A DNA stretch of 56,310 nt, taken from positions 200,745 through 257,054 of IMG/VR virus record IMGVR_UViG_3300024983_000001, one strand, 5' to 3'. This stretch comes from a virus. Positions within the stretch are counted from its first letter, which is position 1. Each line of letters starts with the position of its first letter. The notes beneath the pieces were generated by a model. It made no database searches. It saw only the letters and a program-made list of their open reading frames with translations, and had not been told where the DNA came from. Position numbers and translations under genes: made by a program. Positions 7,733 through 16,319 of the stretch are shown piece after piece.

Positions 7733-8053
7733 ATGAGTACATATACTCCTGATGTTTGGGTAGTAGTTAGAGTTGCGCATGGTGATGACGTGTTTGAACG
7801 GATTCTGGCTGGGTGGTACGGTGGTTATGTCGCCGGCGATAGTTGGAAACTAAGTTCGGCGATCGAAACCGTAACGGAATATGAAGATCGATTTGAATTT
7901 GAAAATGCTTCAGGATCGTTATACATCTGTTACAAGGGCGCACAGCGAATGTCAAATTACACGAGATCTATCTATGCAAGTTTCCAGCAGGATATTGAGG
8001 ATGGGAATAATCCCGACATAAGCATGGAAATAGTTGATTATCCAATAGAATAG
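7733..8053 (+). CDS. conserved hypothetical phage protein
   Basis: YTPDVWVVV...GWYGGY..GDSWKLSS pattern seen in large myophages. Confidence 0.7.
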   Translation: MSTYTPDVWVVVRVAHGDDVFERILAGWYGGYVAGDSWKLSSAIETVTEYEDRFEFENASGSLYICYKGAQRMSNYTRSIYASFQQDIEDGNNPDISMEIVDYPIE

Positions 8054-8065
8054 GAGCAAATAATT

Positions 8066-8467
8066 ATGTGGGTTAAGGGTGCTGGAAAATTAGTATACAA
8101 TCCTCATCGTCCTGACCTTCGTAAAACTCGTAAGGCGGACGACTGGTGGTTAGTAGTTAATACTGATAATGGTATTAGTGATTATTATCGTGCATGGTTT
8201 AAAAAGGATACAGGCGTTGAATTACTGCGTCCCGCGTGGCGCACTCACGTATCTGTATTGAACGGAAAAGAGCCTGTTAAGCCCGAGCACAGACATCTTT
8301 GGAAAAAGTATGAGAATGAGTGGATTGAGTTTGAGTACGGGGTGGTAGTTGAGCAGCACTGGAAATTTTTCGTATTGCCAGTACGCTGTCAACGACTTGA
8401 GGATATCCGTGCCGAACTTGGTCTGAAAAGCATTCCGTTGCACATTACAATCGGCCGGCTGGAATAA
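8066..8467 (+). CDS. 2H phosphoesterase
   Basis: Two HxS/T motifs (HVSV, HITI) about 65 aa apart. Confidence 0.72.
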   Translation: MWVKGAGKLVYNPHRPDLRKTRKADDWWLVVNTDNGISDYYRAWFKKDTGVELLRPAWRTHVSVLNGKEPVKPEHRHLWKKYENEWIEFEYGVVVEQHWKFFVLPVRCQRLEDIRAELGLKSIPLHITIGRLE

Positions 8468-8506
8468 TGATAAATATATTATTAACCCAAGCATAGGAGA
8501 AATAAT

Positions 8507-8713
8507 ATGGCGTTTACAACTGGTCAACGAGTAATAGCCCAATTAAAGGGCGGTCAATCTGGAACAAAAAACGTTTCACCAGCATTTCGTGGTACTGTTG
8601 TTGGTGCAAATGGGACAGAAGTTGTTGTTGATTTCGATAACAACAATGTACAAGTTCCCGAAACATATTTTCCTGGAAATGTCGTGAATGAGCAGTTCTT
8701 GACATTAATTTAA
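8507..8713 (+). CDS. small hypothetical protein (SH3/KOW-like beta barrel)
   Basis: AGGAG RBS; FxxGQRV...GTVVG...VVVDFD pattern. Confidence 0.6.
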   Translation: MAFTTGQRVIAQLKGGQSGTKNVSPAFRGTVVGANGTEVVVDFDNNNVQVPETYFPGNVVNEQFLTLI

Positions 8714-8727
8714 AATATGCAACGTGT

Positions 8728-8757
8728 AAATTCCCCGGTATCCACCGGGGAATTTTT
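8728..8757 (+). terminator. intrinsic terminator
   Basis: AAATTCCCCGGT-ATCC-ACCGGGGAATTT followed by T run. Confidence 0.75.
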
Positions 8758-8772
8758 ATTGTAGTAATCATG

Positions 8773-8801
8773 TTGACTTTGTGTTGAAGATATTTTATAA
8801 T
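8773..8801 (+). promoter_or_regulatory. sigma70-type early promoter
   Basis: TTGACT-N17-TATAAT. Confidence 0.7.
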
Positions 8802-8833
8802 ATTATTATCTTTAATCCTAATAGGAGTCTAAT

Positions 8834-9313
8834 GTGAAATATTATCTTGCAGTTCTGCTGGCAGCTATTTCGTTTAACACATATGCCGATGCGCAATATC
8901 GTGATTGGGCAACCGTGGTTCAATCCACACCCGTATACCAATCTGTGCAGCCAGCAGCAACGTGTCGTGATGTTCCTGTACAAAATCAACAAGTTCAATC
9001 GGGTAGTCCGTGGGGTGCGGTAATTGGCGGCGCTGTTGGTACTGGACTGGGCAGTATGGTTGGCAAGGGCAAAGGTAATGTTGCTGCCATGGTGGTGGGC
9101 GGTATTACGGGTGCTGTTGTAGGTAATCAAGTTGGCAGCAATAACACACAACAAATGGTACGAGAGTGCACTCAACCAGCGCCAGTTCAAAACATCGTCG
9201 GATATGATACTGAAGTTCAGTATGATGGTCGACAATTTATTGTACGAACTATGCGCCAATTTTTCATAAACCAACGAGTCAACGTTAATGTTAATGTTGA
9301 TTTAGTTCAATAA
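8834..9313 (+). CDS. YcfJ-like glycine-zipper 2TM exported protein
   Basis: Signal peptide; GAVIGGAVGTGLGSMVGKGKG..GGITGAVVGNQV glycine zipper; C..C; IVGYD..Y.YDG tail. Confidence 0.8.
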   Translation: MKYYLAVLLAAISFNTYADAQYRDWATVVQSTPVYQSVQPAATCRDVPVQNQQVQSGSPWGAVIGGAVGTGLGSMVGKGKGNVAAMVVGGITGAVVGNQVGSNNTQQMVRECTQPAPVQNIVGYDTEVQYDGRQFIVRTMRQFFINQRVNVNVNVDLVQ

Positions 9314-9325
9314 TAGACTATACTA

Positions 9326-9799
9326 ATGGGATATGGTCCTCTTGACGATTACATCGAAATTGATAGTATGTCCCAAGAGGATCTTATTGATTTAATAAAC
9401 GATTTAACCTTTATAAGAGATAATAAAAATATGCATCAGACAGCACTAAACACTCTCACACACAACATGATTTGGATTACCACGCAGTTTGAAGGTTTCC
9501 ATCACTATCCTGACGCTCCAGACGAAGTAGCATTCCTCAAAAATGACCACCGACACATTTTTCATGTAAAGGTTTGGATTGAAGTTACTCACAATGACCG
9601 CGATATTGAATTTTTTATTTTCAAGCGATATGTGGAAAGCGTGATTAAAGCTGGCCAATTCAATCACAAGAGCTGCGAAATGATTTCAGATGATTTACAC
9701 TCCACAATTACAGCAAAATACCCAATGCGAGACATTTGGATTGAAGTAAGTGAAGATGGTGAAAACGGATCATTCAAACGATATGAAATCGTTAAGTAA
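9326..9799 (+). CDS. queD: QueD/6-pyruvoyl-tetrahydropterin synthase-like T-fold protein
   Basis: FEGFH...HRHIFHVKV (His triad), SCEMI, VSEDGENG; start codon uncertain. Confidence 0.65.
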   Translation: MGYGPLDDYIEIDSMSQEDLIDLINDLTFIRDNKNMHQTALNTLTHNMIWITTQFEGFHHYPDAPDEVAFLKNDHRHIFHVKVWIEVTHNDRDIEFFIFKRYVESVIKAGQFNHKSCEMISDDLHSTITAKYPMRDIWIEVSEDGENGSFKRYEIVK

Positions 9800-9830
9800 C
9801 ACAAACAAATAACAATAAGGAATAAAAACT

Positions 9831-10646
9831 ATGCTTGCTCGCAATTCAAACCCACAATTCTGTATCATTACTCCTACTGCCTACTGTGATAAGTTTGCTT
9901 CACAGTCATCTATGCATTTGGTGCTCGGACATTTAGTAGATACTGATGAACAGTATGCCGATTTTTATGCAAGTCGTAATGAATTTAAAATCATGGACAA
10001 TGGCGCCTTCGAACTTGGCGAGTCTTATTCACCAAGTGAATTAATTCGCTTGGGTAAAAAGTGTAAAGCAAACGCAATTGTGCTGCCAGATTATCCATTT
10101 CAGCCAGCAAACAAAACGATTGAAGCTGGACAAAAACTCATGCAGCAAGTCAAGGAGGCTGGGTTTTACACAATGTTTGCGCCGCAGTCGGAGACAGGAA
10201 ATTTGGATGATTGGATTGCTGGTTATGAGTGGGCAGCCAAAAATGACGACATTGATATTATTGGCATGAGCATTCTTGGTATTCCTAATGCAATTCCACA
10301 TATTCACATTGCTTATGCTCGGGTGGTTATGACTCAAATTCTTATCGAGCGGGGGTTGTTCAATTTCAACAAGTATCATCATTACCTTGGTTTGAATAGT
10401 GGGCCAGGTTTGGAAATTCCTAGCCTAATCAAGATGGGAGCGATGGATTCGTGTGATAGTTCTGGACCTGTTTGGGCAGGTGTACTAGGCCACGAATACA
10501 CACGCAATGCCGACAGTTTACAAAATGTAAGCAAAGTAAAGGCTCATGTGGATTTTAGTTATCCGCTTGTAAAAGACCAACGAACGCTAGAACGCATTCA
10601 ACACAATATTGATTTAACGCTGGAGTTATTACGCGTTTCACCATAA
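9831..10646 (+). CDS. TGT/DpdA-like transglycosylase (TIM barrel)
   Basis: IMDNGAF, IVLPD, HYLG, DSCDSS motifs match the TGT-fold DSGxF / D / HxLG / DS pattern; adjacent to QueD-like gene. Confidence 0.55.
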   Translation: MLARNSNPQFCIITPTAYCDKFASQSSMHLVLGHLVDTDEQYADFYASRNEFKIMDNGAFELGESYSPSELIRLGKKCKANAIVLPDYPFQPANKTIEAGQKLMQQVKEAGFYTMFAPQSETGNLDDWIAGYEWAAKNDDIDIIGMSILGIPNAIPHIHIAYARVVMTQILIERGLFNFNKYHHYLGLNSGPGLEIPSLIKMGAMDSCDSSGPVWAGVLGHEYTRNADSLQNVSKVKAHVDFSYPLVKDQRTLERIQHNIDLTLELLRVSP

Positions 10647-10650
10647 TCAA

Positions 10651-11574
10651 ATGGACATAGCCAACACTATTGATACATCCGTGTTGCATAATATCATCGC
10701 GCACAATGCCGATGGTATTATGATTACGGATGTTGACAACATAATCATTTACACAAATGATGCATTTGCGGAAATGTTAGGATATGCCCATCACGAAATG
10801 GTGGGTAATACACCCGCCATGTTCAAATCCGGTGCCCACGATGTTGAATTTTACAAACAAATGTGGAACGATTTATTAGCGGTTGGATGTTGGAAGGGCG
10901 AACTTTTGGATAGGCGAAAGGATGGCCAAACAATTCCAACACAAACGACTATTACTGCCGTGCTAAATCCCAACACAAACACAATACAAAACTACGTCGC
11001 CATTACAAGAGATACGACGCACATTAAACAGTATGAGGAAGAATTGCGGTCATTGGCTTTCTATGACCACCTAACAGGACTGTATAACCGGCGTCTGTTT
11101 GACCAATTCGTTGCTGAACATCACAGCTTGGCTAAACGCAACGGCACGAAATATGCAATCATATTAATCGATTTGGATGATTTCGGCCTTATCAATTCTT
11201 TGCACGGTCACCTCGGTGGTGATGCTGTACTTAAACACGTTGCTACCAGCATTAAAAACGTCTTTAGACGTGACCAAGATATAGTAGCGAGACTTGGTGG
11301 CGACGAGTTTGTGGTCTTGGTTACAAACATGGACGAGGATGTATCACCGAGTGATTTTTGTACGCATACATGTAAAGAATTTGTAAATGCAATGAGCCGA
11401 CCCGTAATATACAATAACCAAACAATAGCTGTAACAGCAAGTGTGGGAGTGGCCTTCAGTAATAGCAATTTAACAGATGCAACAGATTTGTTAGTTCAAG
11501 CCGACAGCGCCATGTATGAGTCTAAAAATCGTGGGAAAAATTCATATACGGTTTTTGGTGAAATGCTCGGTTGA
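10651..11574 (+). CDS. PAS-GGDEF diguanylate cyclase
   Basis: PAS/PAC domain (SGAHDVEFYKQMW..W.GE..RRKDG); D.LTGLYNRR, IDLDDF..IN..GH..GD, RxxD I-site (RDQD), intact RLGGDEF, ADSAMY..K..GKN. Confidence 0.92.
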   Translation: MDIANTIDTSVLHNIIAHNADGIMITDVDNIIIYTNDAFAEMLGYAHHEMVGNTPAMFKSGAHDVEFYKQMWNDLLAVGCWKGELLDRRKDGQTIPTQTTITAVLNPNTNTIQNYVAITRDTTHIKQYEEELRSLAFYDHLTGLYNRRLFDQFVAEHHSLAKRNGTKYAIILIDLDDFGLINSLHGHLGGDAVLKHVATSIKNVFRRDQDIVARLGGDEFVVLVTNMDEDVSPSDFCTHTCKEFVNAMSRPVIYNNQTIAVTASVGVAFSNSNLTDATDLLVQADSAMYESKNRGKNSYTVFGEMLG

Positions 11575-11624
11575 AATTGACAATTTTTGATGTTATACTA
11601 TTACAATAATAAAAAGGAGAAAAG

Positions 11625-12158
11625 ATGTTTATTAACCCAAAAATAGCAATAGAAAAGGGGTGGATTCAGGGAGCAATTGAACAAAAATACATTCAACCCA
11701 ACGCAATCGACTTTACGCTCGACAAGCTGCTTACAATTGATAGCGACAATACGTTTGTATTAAGTGAAAAAAACAAACAAATGCGCGGCGGACACGAAAT
11801 GTATGCAACAACCAGCATTAGTGTCGATGATGACACATCAGAATTATATTGGGAATTAGAACCCAATCAAACATACGACGGAATGTCGAATTTTTATGTT
11901 AATGTTCCCGAAGGTGTGGCTGCATATTTGTTAACGCGGTCAACACTTATCCGCAATGGGTTGCTTGTTACATCTGGTTTATATGACAGTGGATTTGCTG
12001 GACACATTGGTTTCACTTTGCATACCAAAAACGGAAAAACATTACTAGCGCCAGGAACAAGAGTTGGCCAGATTATTTTTGTCGAATCGGACTCTGCATC
12101 GTTGTATGCTGGTGGTTATAATCACGCGGCAGGAGATCATTGGAGTAAGGTTAAGTGA
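11625..12158 (+). CDS. dCTP deaminase/dUTPase family protein
   Basis: IQPNAIDFTL, RSTLIRNG, GLYDSGFAG, RVGQIIF motifs. Confidence 0.82.
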   Translation: MFINPKIAIEKGWIQGAIEQKYIQPNAIDFTLDKLLTIDSDNTFVLSEKNKQMRGGHEMYATTSISVDDDTSELYWELEPNQTYDGMSNFYVNVPEGVAAYLLTRSTLIRNGLLVTSGLYDSGFAGHIGFTLHTKNGKTLLAPGTRVGQIIFVESDSASLYAGGYNHAAGDHWSKVK

Positions 12159-12784
12159 GTTTACCAGCCGGATATTTTTCTAAAGTACTTGCGTTTGACT
12201 GTGAAACGTCGGGTATGAATTTCAATGCATTTGGTAAAGATGTTGCCACCAATTATCAATCGTTGTCGTGGGGTTTTGTTGTGGCCGATGCTGCCAAATT
12301 AAAGCCCATTGATGAATTATACATTGAAATCAAATACGATGGTGTGAGTAAGTGGAATGATAAAGCCGAAAAGATTCATGGTTTATCAAAAGAATATTTA
12401 GAAATAAACGGTGTTTCAAACGAGCAAGCAGTTGAAGAGATTGCTAATTTCATCTTAAAATATTGGGATCCTTCGGCTGATACGAGTTCAGAACGCAACG
12501 TGAGGTGTTTGGGACAAAATATAGCAACGTTTGATATTTGGTTTTTAATCAAACTGTTTGAAGATGCGGGTGCAGATGAATTACGAAAAGCTATTTTTCC
12601 AACAGGCAATCGTTTCATAGATACCTCAACAATTGGATACATGTTGGGTTACTATAATTCAGACGACTTATTCAATTCTATTGGTGTGGATAGGTCAGCA
12701 CATAATGCATTAGAGGATGCAAAAGCATCATTGGCCGCTGCGCGTAAAACTAAAACTTTAATCAAAAGCTTTTTGGGGGATTGA
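12155..12784 (+). CDS. DEDDh 3'-5' exonuclease
   Basis: AFDCETSG, GQNIATFD, IDT, HNALEDA. Confidence 0.85.
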   Translation: MSLPAGYFSKVLAFDCETSGMNFNAFGKDVATNYQSLSWGFVVADAAKLKPIDELYIEIKYDGVSKWNDKAEKIHGLSKEYLEINGVSNEQAVEEIANFILKYWDPSADTSSERNVRCLGQNIATFDIWFLIKLFEDAGADELRKAIFPTGNRFIDTSTIGYMLGYYNSDDLFNSIGVDRSAHNALEDAKASLAAARKTKTLIKSFLGD

Positions 12785-12785
12785 T

Positions 12786-13454
12786 ATGACACCAAACGAT
12801 GTTGGTAATGCTGATTGGATACATCTAAAACCATATGGATATGCGCCAGGTGGTTATATGAATCAGTGTCACAGGTGTTTGCAGCATGTGTATTATGTCG
12901 ATAAAAGAGCATGGACGTGTCGAACGTGCGCGGAAATAATGTTTAACGAAGACCAACAAAAAATAGAGAGAACAGAAATGCTTCAAATGCAACACATGGA
13001 TACACCCAAAGAACATATTTTGACACATCCAACATATGACCATATCGATATGGCTTGTCGATCTATTGTTTATGATATTGGTGTAGATGCACTAGATATT
13101 GAAGCGGTTGTTGGGCTGACGAGAGGTGGATTAATTCCAGGAGTTATGATGTCTCATATGCTCAACCTACCGATGGAAGTTGTTAGCTATTCATCAAAGA
13201 GTGGCGCAGGGGACAACAAGTGTTACGGTGATGATATTCCAACCGTAAGCAGCAAGAGGATTTTGATTATTGATGATATTGCTGATTCAGGCAAGACATT
13301 ACTTGAATTAGTTGGCGAGTATGAACGTCGGGGACATTCGGTGTATACTGCTACTATCTATTACAAGGAAAGTTCTGTGTTTACACCCGATTATTACGTT
13401 TACAGAATTCCAGAGAATTCGCCTTGGATTATTTTTCCATGGGAATCTAAATAA
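12786..13454 (+). CDS. type I phosphoribosyltransferase (Gpt-like) with N-terminal zinc-ribbon extension
   Basis: GLTRGGLIPG, ILIIDDIADSGKT (PRPP loop), WIIFPWE; N-terminal CxxC..CxxC. Confidence 0.85.
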   Translation: MTPNDVGNADWIHLKPYGYAPGGYMNQCHRCLQHVYYVDKRAWTCRTCAEIMFNEDQQKIERTEMLQMQHMDTPKEHILTHPTYDHIDMACRSIVYDIGVDALDIEAVVGLTRGGLIPGVMMSHMLNLPMEVVSYSSKSGAGDNKCYGDDIPTVSSKRILIIDDIADSGKTLLELVGEYERRGHSVYTATIYYKESSVFTPDYYVYRIPENSPWIIFPWESK

Positions 13455-13516
13455 TTAAATATTACCCAAACAATTAGTGGTGGGGAAAAAGTATTAAACT
13501 TGCACAAATAAAGTAT

Positions 13517-13593
13517 CTGGCTGTATTTCAACTGGATAGAAAACACGGCTTCTACCCGTGATGTTGGGGGTTCGAGTCCCTCCAGCCAGGCCA
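13517..13593 (+). tRNA. tRNA-Arg(TCT)
   Basis: Acceptor CTGGCTG/CAGCCAG, arm CACGG-CTTCTAC-CCGTG, T-loop TTCGAGT, ends GCCA. Confidence 0.9.
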
Positions 13594-13610
13594 TTGTTCA
13601 TGAGGGTATC

Positions 13611-14378
13611 ATGAAATTTACGCATTGTGATAAATGTAATACAGATATATCCAACAACAACATCAAACGGCACAGCGAAAGCTGTACAGGCACCCCGCCG
13701 CCCAAATTTCAAAAGGGAGGTGTAACTCATTGTAAATATTGCAATACATCATTAGAGGGTGTTAAAATATCCTTGCGAGCAAATCACATGAGGTGGTGCA
13801 CCTCAAACCCGCTGAGCGATAATTATAGGAGTGATATGTCACGGATCACAACTGGTCGATTGGTTAACTTATCTAACGAACAGAGAGCAAATATTGCAAC
13901 CGCTATATCCCAAGCCCATAAAGATGGTAGATATACATACGATCATCTTAACTTCAAAGGCAAACACCACAGCAATATAACTAAACAAAAATTAAGCGAT
14001 ATCAAAAAACATTATCTAAGAGACAATCCTGATAAACACCCATGGAGGAGAAATAACAAATTTATATCTTCTCCCTGCGAAGCACTAAAGACTATACTAC
14101 GGAACAACGAAATAATGTTTGAGGCGGAATATAGACCATGTCTTCCTGAGAGGTTTTTTTCATTGGATATAGCGTTTGTTGATGCAAAAATAGCGATTGA
14201 AGTAAATGGAAACCAACACTATTCAGATGTTGGCAACCGAGTATTGGCACCATATTATCAGACAAGGCATGATATAATTACCAACAAGGGTTGGAATATC
14301 GTTGAGCTGCATTATAGTTTGGTATATGATAATAATACTATCACAGAACTGCTCAAATTTATCAAATCCAAATTATAG
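13611..14378 (+). CDS. free-standing endonuclease (zinc fingers, NUMOD3-like, DUF559/Vsr-like domain)
   Basis: FKGKHHS..TKQKLS (NUMOD3); FSLDIAF...KIAIEVNGNQHY; GWNIVELHY. Confidence 0.78.
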   Translation: MKFTHCDKCNTDISNNNIKRHSESCTGTPPPKFQKGGVTHCKYCNTSLEGVKISLRANHMRWCTSNPLSDNYRSDMSRITTGRLVNLSNEQRANIATAISQAHKDGRYTYDHLNFKGKHHSNITKQKLSDIKKHYLRDNPDKHPWRRNNKFISSPCEALKTILRNNEIMFEAEYRPCLPERFFSLDIAFVDAKIAIEVNGNQHYSDVGNRVLAPYYQTRHDIITNKGWNIVELHYSLVYDNNTITELLKFIKSKL

Positions 14379-14416
14379 AGGTTGAAGATGTTTGGAGATG
14401 AGTGGTTGTGTACCAG

Positions 14417-14631
14417 CAACAAATTATTAAGTAGCTGTTTTACGGCTGTAACCAGATGTGGCATTTGCGGAAAGCTACTACTGGCGCAAAGCAACTAGCC
14501 TTGCCTCTTGATGATACCGTGGGGTCGAACGCACGATGACAACGGAGTATAGAGATAATGAGATGAACCATAGTTAAAACGCCACTCGCAAGGTAAACCT
14601 GTGGCTAGGACAGCTACTTAATAATTTGTTG
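14417..14631 (+). ncRNA. structured ~215-nt ncRNA candidate
   Basis: 26-bp terminal stem (14417-14442 with 14606-14631; 24 Watson-Crick and 2 G-U pairs) enclosing several hairpins; no ORF; inside a tRNA locus. Confidence 0.65.
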
Positions 14632-14657
14632 ATCTTTTGACCATCCGGTCGTATAAT
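14629..14657 (+). promoter_or_regulatory. sigma70-type promoter for the Ser tRNAs (late TATAAATA also at 14678-14685)
   Basis: TTGATC-N17-TATAAT. Confidence 0.6.
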
Positions 14658-14698
14658 TTTCCTTAATTGAATTGAAGTATAAATAAATAGCAGCAAAT

Positions 14699-14789
14699 GG
14701 AAGATTCGCATAGTGGCTATTGCAACTGCCTGGAAAGCAGTGGACCGTGATGAACGGTCTCGTGGGTTCGAGTCCCACATCTTCCGCCA
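14699..14789 (+). tRNA. tRNA-Ser(GGA)
   Basis: Acceptor GGAAGAT/ATCTTCC, arm ACTGC-CTGGAAA-GCAGT, long variable arm, ends GCCA. Confidence 0.92.
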
Positions 14790-14790
14790 A

Positions 14791-14874
14791 GGAATGTGAC
14801 GATTCTGCAATACGGATGTTAAAGCATGCTATGGTCGTCAGGGTTGTAAACTGTGCGTGGCCTCACATTCCACA
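14791..14874 (+). ncRNA. small stem-closed RNA candidate between tRNAs
   Basis: Perfect 9-bp terminal stem GGAATGTGA/TCACATTCC followed by ACA; exactly fills the gap between two Ser tRNAs. Confidence 0.4.
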
Positions 14875-14876
14875 AT

Positions 14877-14967
14877 GGAGAATAATGCTATCTGGTGGTA
14901 GCGGCTGTTTCGAAAACAGTGCGATCCTGAAAAATGGATTGGGGTCCGATTCCTCTATTCTCCGCCA
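14877..14967 (+). tRNA. tRNA-Ser(CGA)
   Basis: Acceptor GGAGAAT/ATTCTCC, arm GCTGT-TTCGAAA-ACAGT, long variable arm, ends GCCA. Confidence 0.85.
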
Positions 14968-14981
14968 CAAGGAGTGTGTGT

Positions 14982-15143
14982 ATGAATAGTATTCACGAAA
15001 TTTGGGGCATTCGACATTTTCATTTAATGTTGGATGCTTTTTTTAGATGGTTATTTACAAGTTATGTAGCTTGTAAAAATTGTGGAACCGTATATGAAGA
15101 CAGTAGTTGTTATTGTCCTAATTGCGGTAGAGTAGATAGATAA
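14982..15143 (+). CDS. small zinc-ribbon protein
   Basis: AAGGAG RBS; CKNCG...CPNCG. Confidence 0.55.
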   Translation: MNSIHEIWGIRHFHLMLDAFFRWLFTSYVACKNCGTVYEDSSCYCPNCGRVDR

Positions 15144-15164
15144 TATAAACGATAGGAGTATAAA

Positions 15165-15743
15165 ATGAATGTGCCGTTAATTTTAGCTTTGGATACTGCA
15201 GGACAACCTCGTCAGTGGATTACTTGGGAAGATGCCGTTGTGTATCATGCCAAGGGCCTCGTCGCATGGCAGTATGGTGCTAATGATTATACGTTCATGG
15301 GTGGTAAGTCTCGTTTGACTGGTCAGACATCGTCTATTAGCACCCAGAGTATTATTGCTATTAGTGGTATGGAAGTTGGCAAGACGTTGAAGCGTGCACA
15401 CAAAGAGCCGCCGATTTCGAATCGTTTGTTGTTCCGAAGGGACCGTCACATTTGTGCTTACTGTGGTGATCAGTTTACTGATGACCACTTGACACGTGAC
15501 CACATCGTGCCACAGCGTCGAGGCGGCAAAGATACTTGGATGAACTTGGTGGCTGCTTGTAAGCCTTGTAACCACCGTAAGGCGGACAAGTCGTTGCAAC
15601 GTGCTGGTATGTCATTGTTGTATGTTCCGTACGTGCCTAATAAGAGCGAATATTTGATTTTGGCAAACCGTAAGATTCTTGCCGATCAGATGGATTTCTT
15701 GATGACGAGCGTTCCTGTACACTCACGTTTGCGAACGTCTTAA
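15165..15743 (+). CDS. HNH endonuclease (McrA/HNH_5-like)
   Basis: LFRRDRHICAYCG...LTRDHIVP..RGG..TWMNLVAACKPCNHRK. Confidence 0.88.
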   Translation: MNVPLILALDTAGQPRQWITWEDAVVYHAKGLVAWQYGANDYTFMGGKSRLTGQTSSISTQSIIAISGMEVGKTLKRAHKEPPISNRLLFRRDRHICAYCGDQFTDDHLTRDHIVPQRRGGKDTWMNLVAACKPCNHRKADKSLQRAGMSLLYVPYVPNKSEYLILANRKILADQMDFLMTSVPVHSRLRTS

Positions 15744-15754
15744 CAAGCTGTTTT

Positions 15755-15779
15755 AAAAACCCACTTCGGTGGGTTTTTT
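15755..15779 (+). terminator. intrinsic terminator
   Basis: AAAAACCCAC-TTCG-GTGGGTTTTTT. Confidence 0.85.
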
Positions 15780-15871
15780 ATTGTCCAAATAATACCTTAT
15801 CAAATTAGTGGGACATTTATTGATTTCCGACATATATATTAGGTAACTCTAATATTGAAAGGAGAATTAAA

Positions 15872-16318
15872 ATGTCTTTAATTAATGGTTTTAATACTGA
15901 TGGAGTAGTAACTGTAAATCGTGTTATTCTAAAGCCTGAATATGATGTTGATGAATTACAGGAACGTGTTGCTGTTCTTTGTGAGAATGTGAAAACATTC
16001 CATTCTTTAACGGGTTTTATAGGTGGATTTGTGTGCCTTAACAGTGGAATGGTATCTAATGAAGGAAGCACAATTGGTCAACCTGTAGAGAGTCCCCTTA
16101 AAGGCAAAGAAGCGCTTATTGTTACATTTTGGGATTCGTTCGAAAACCACGAAAATTCTCATAAGAGTGATACTTTTCAACCACTATTTGCACACGTGCT
16201 GGAGTTGTGTGAAAATGGAAACGAAGAAATTGCTTACGAGATGTTGTGGAGTGGCCAGGCGTATGACAAAGAAACCGCCACTAAGGCAATGGAAACAAAA
16301 TTAGCGTACGGTAAGTAA
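15872..16318 (+). CDS. host-like dimeric alpha/beta-barrel (ABM-like) protein
   Basis: GFIGG...LIVTFWDSFENHENSH motif typical of ABM-like ferredoxin folds; strong RBS. Confidence 0.55.
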   Translation: MSLINGFNTDGVVTVNRVILKPEYDVDELQERVAVLCENVKTFHSLTGFIGGFVCLNSGMVSNEGSTIGQPVESPLKGKEALIVTFWDSFENHENSHKSDTFQPLFAHVLELCENGNEEIAYEMLWSGQAYDKETATKAMETKLAYGK

Positions 16319-16319
16319 T

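Noticed and set aside
14445-14505. c-di-GMP-I riboswitch (GGCGCAAAGC)
   Set aside because: There is no GGCAAACC/GNRA hairpin or matching 3' strand, and no downstream CDS to regulate
14417-14631. Minimal RNase P RNA (GGAAAG, AGATAATGA and AAACCTGTGGCTA resemble conserved regions I, IV and V)
   Set aside because: The putative P4 lacks the conserved bulged U, and GTGGC pairs better locally with GCCAC. I did not make the call; cmscan should settle it.
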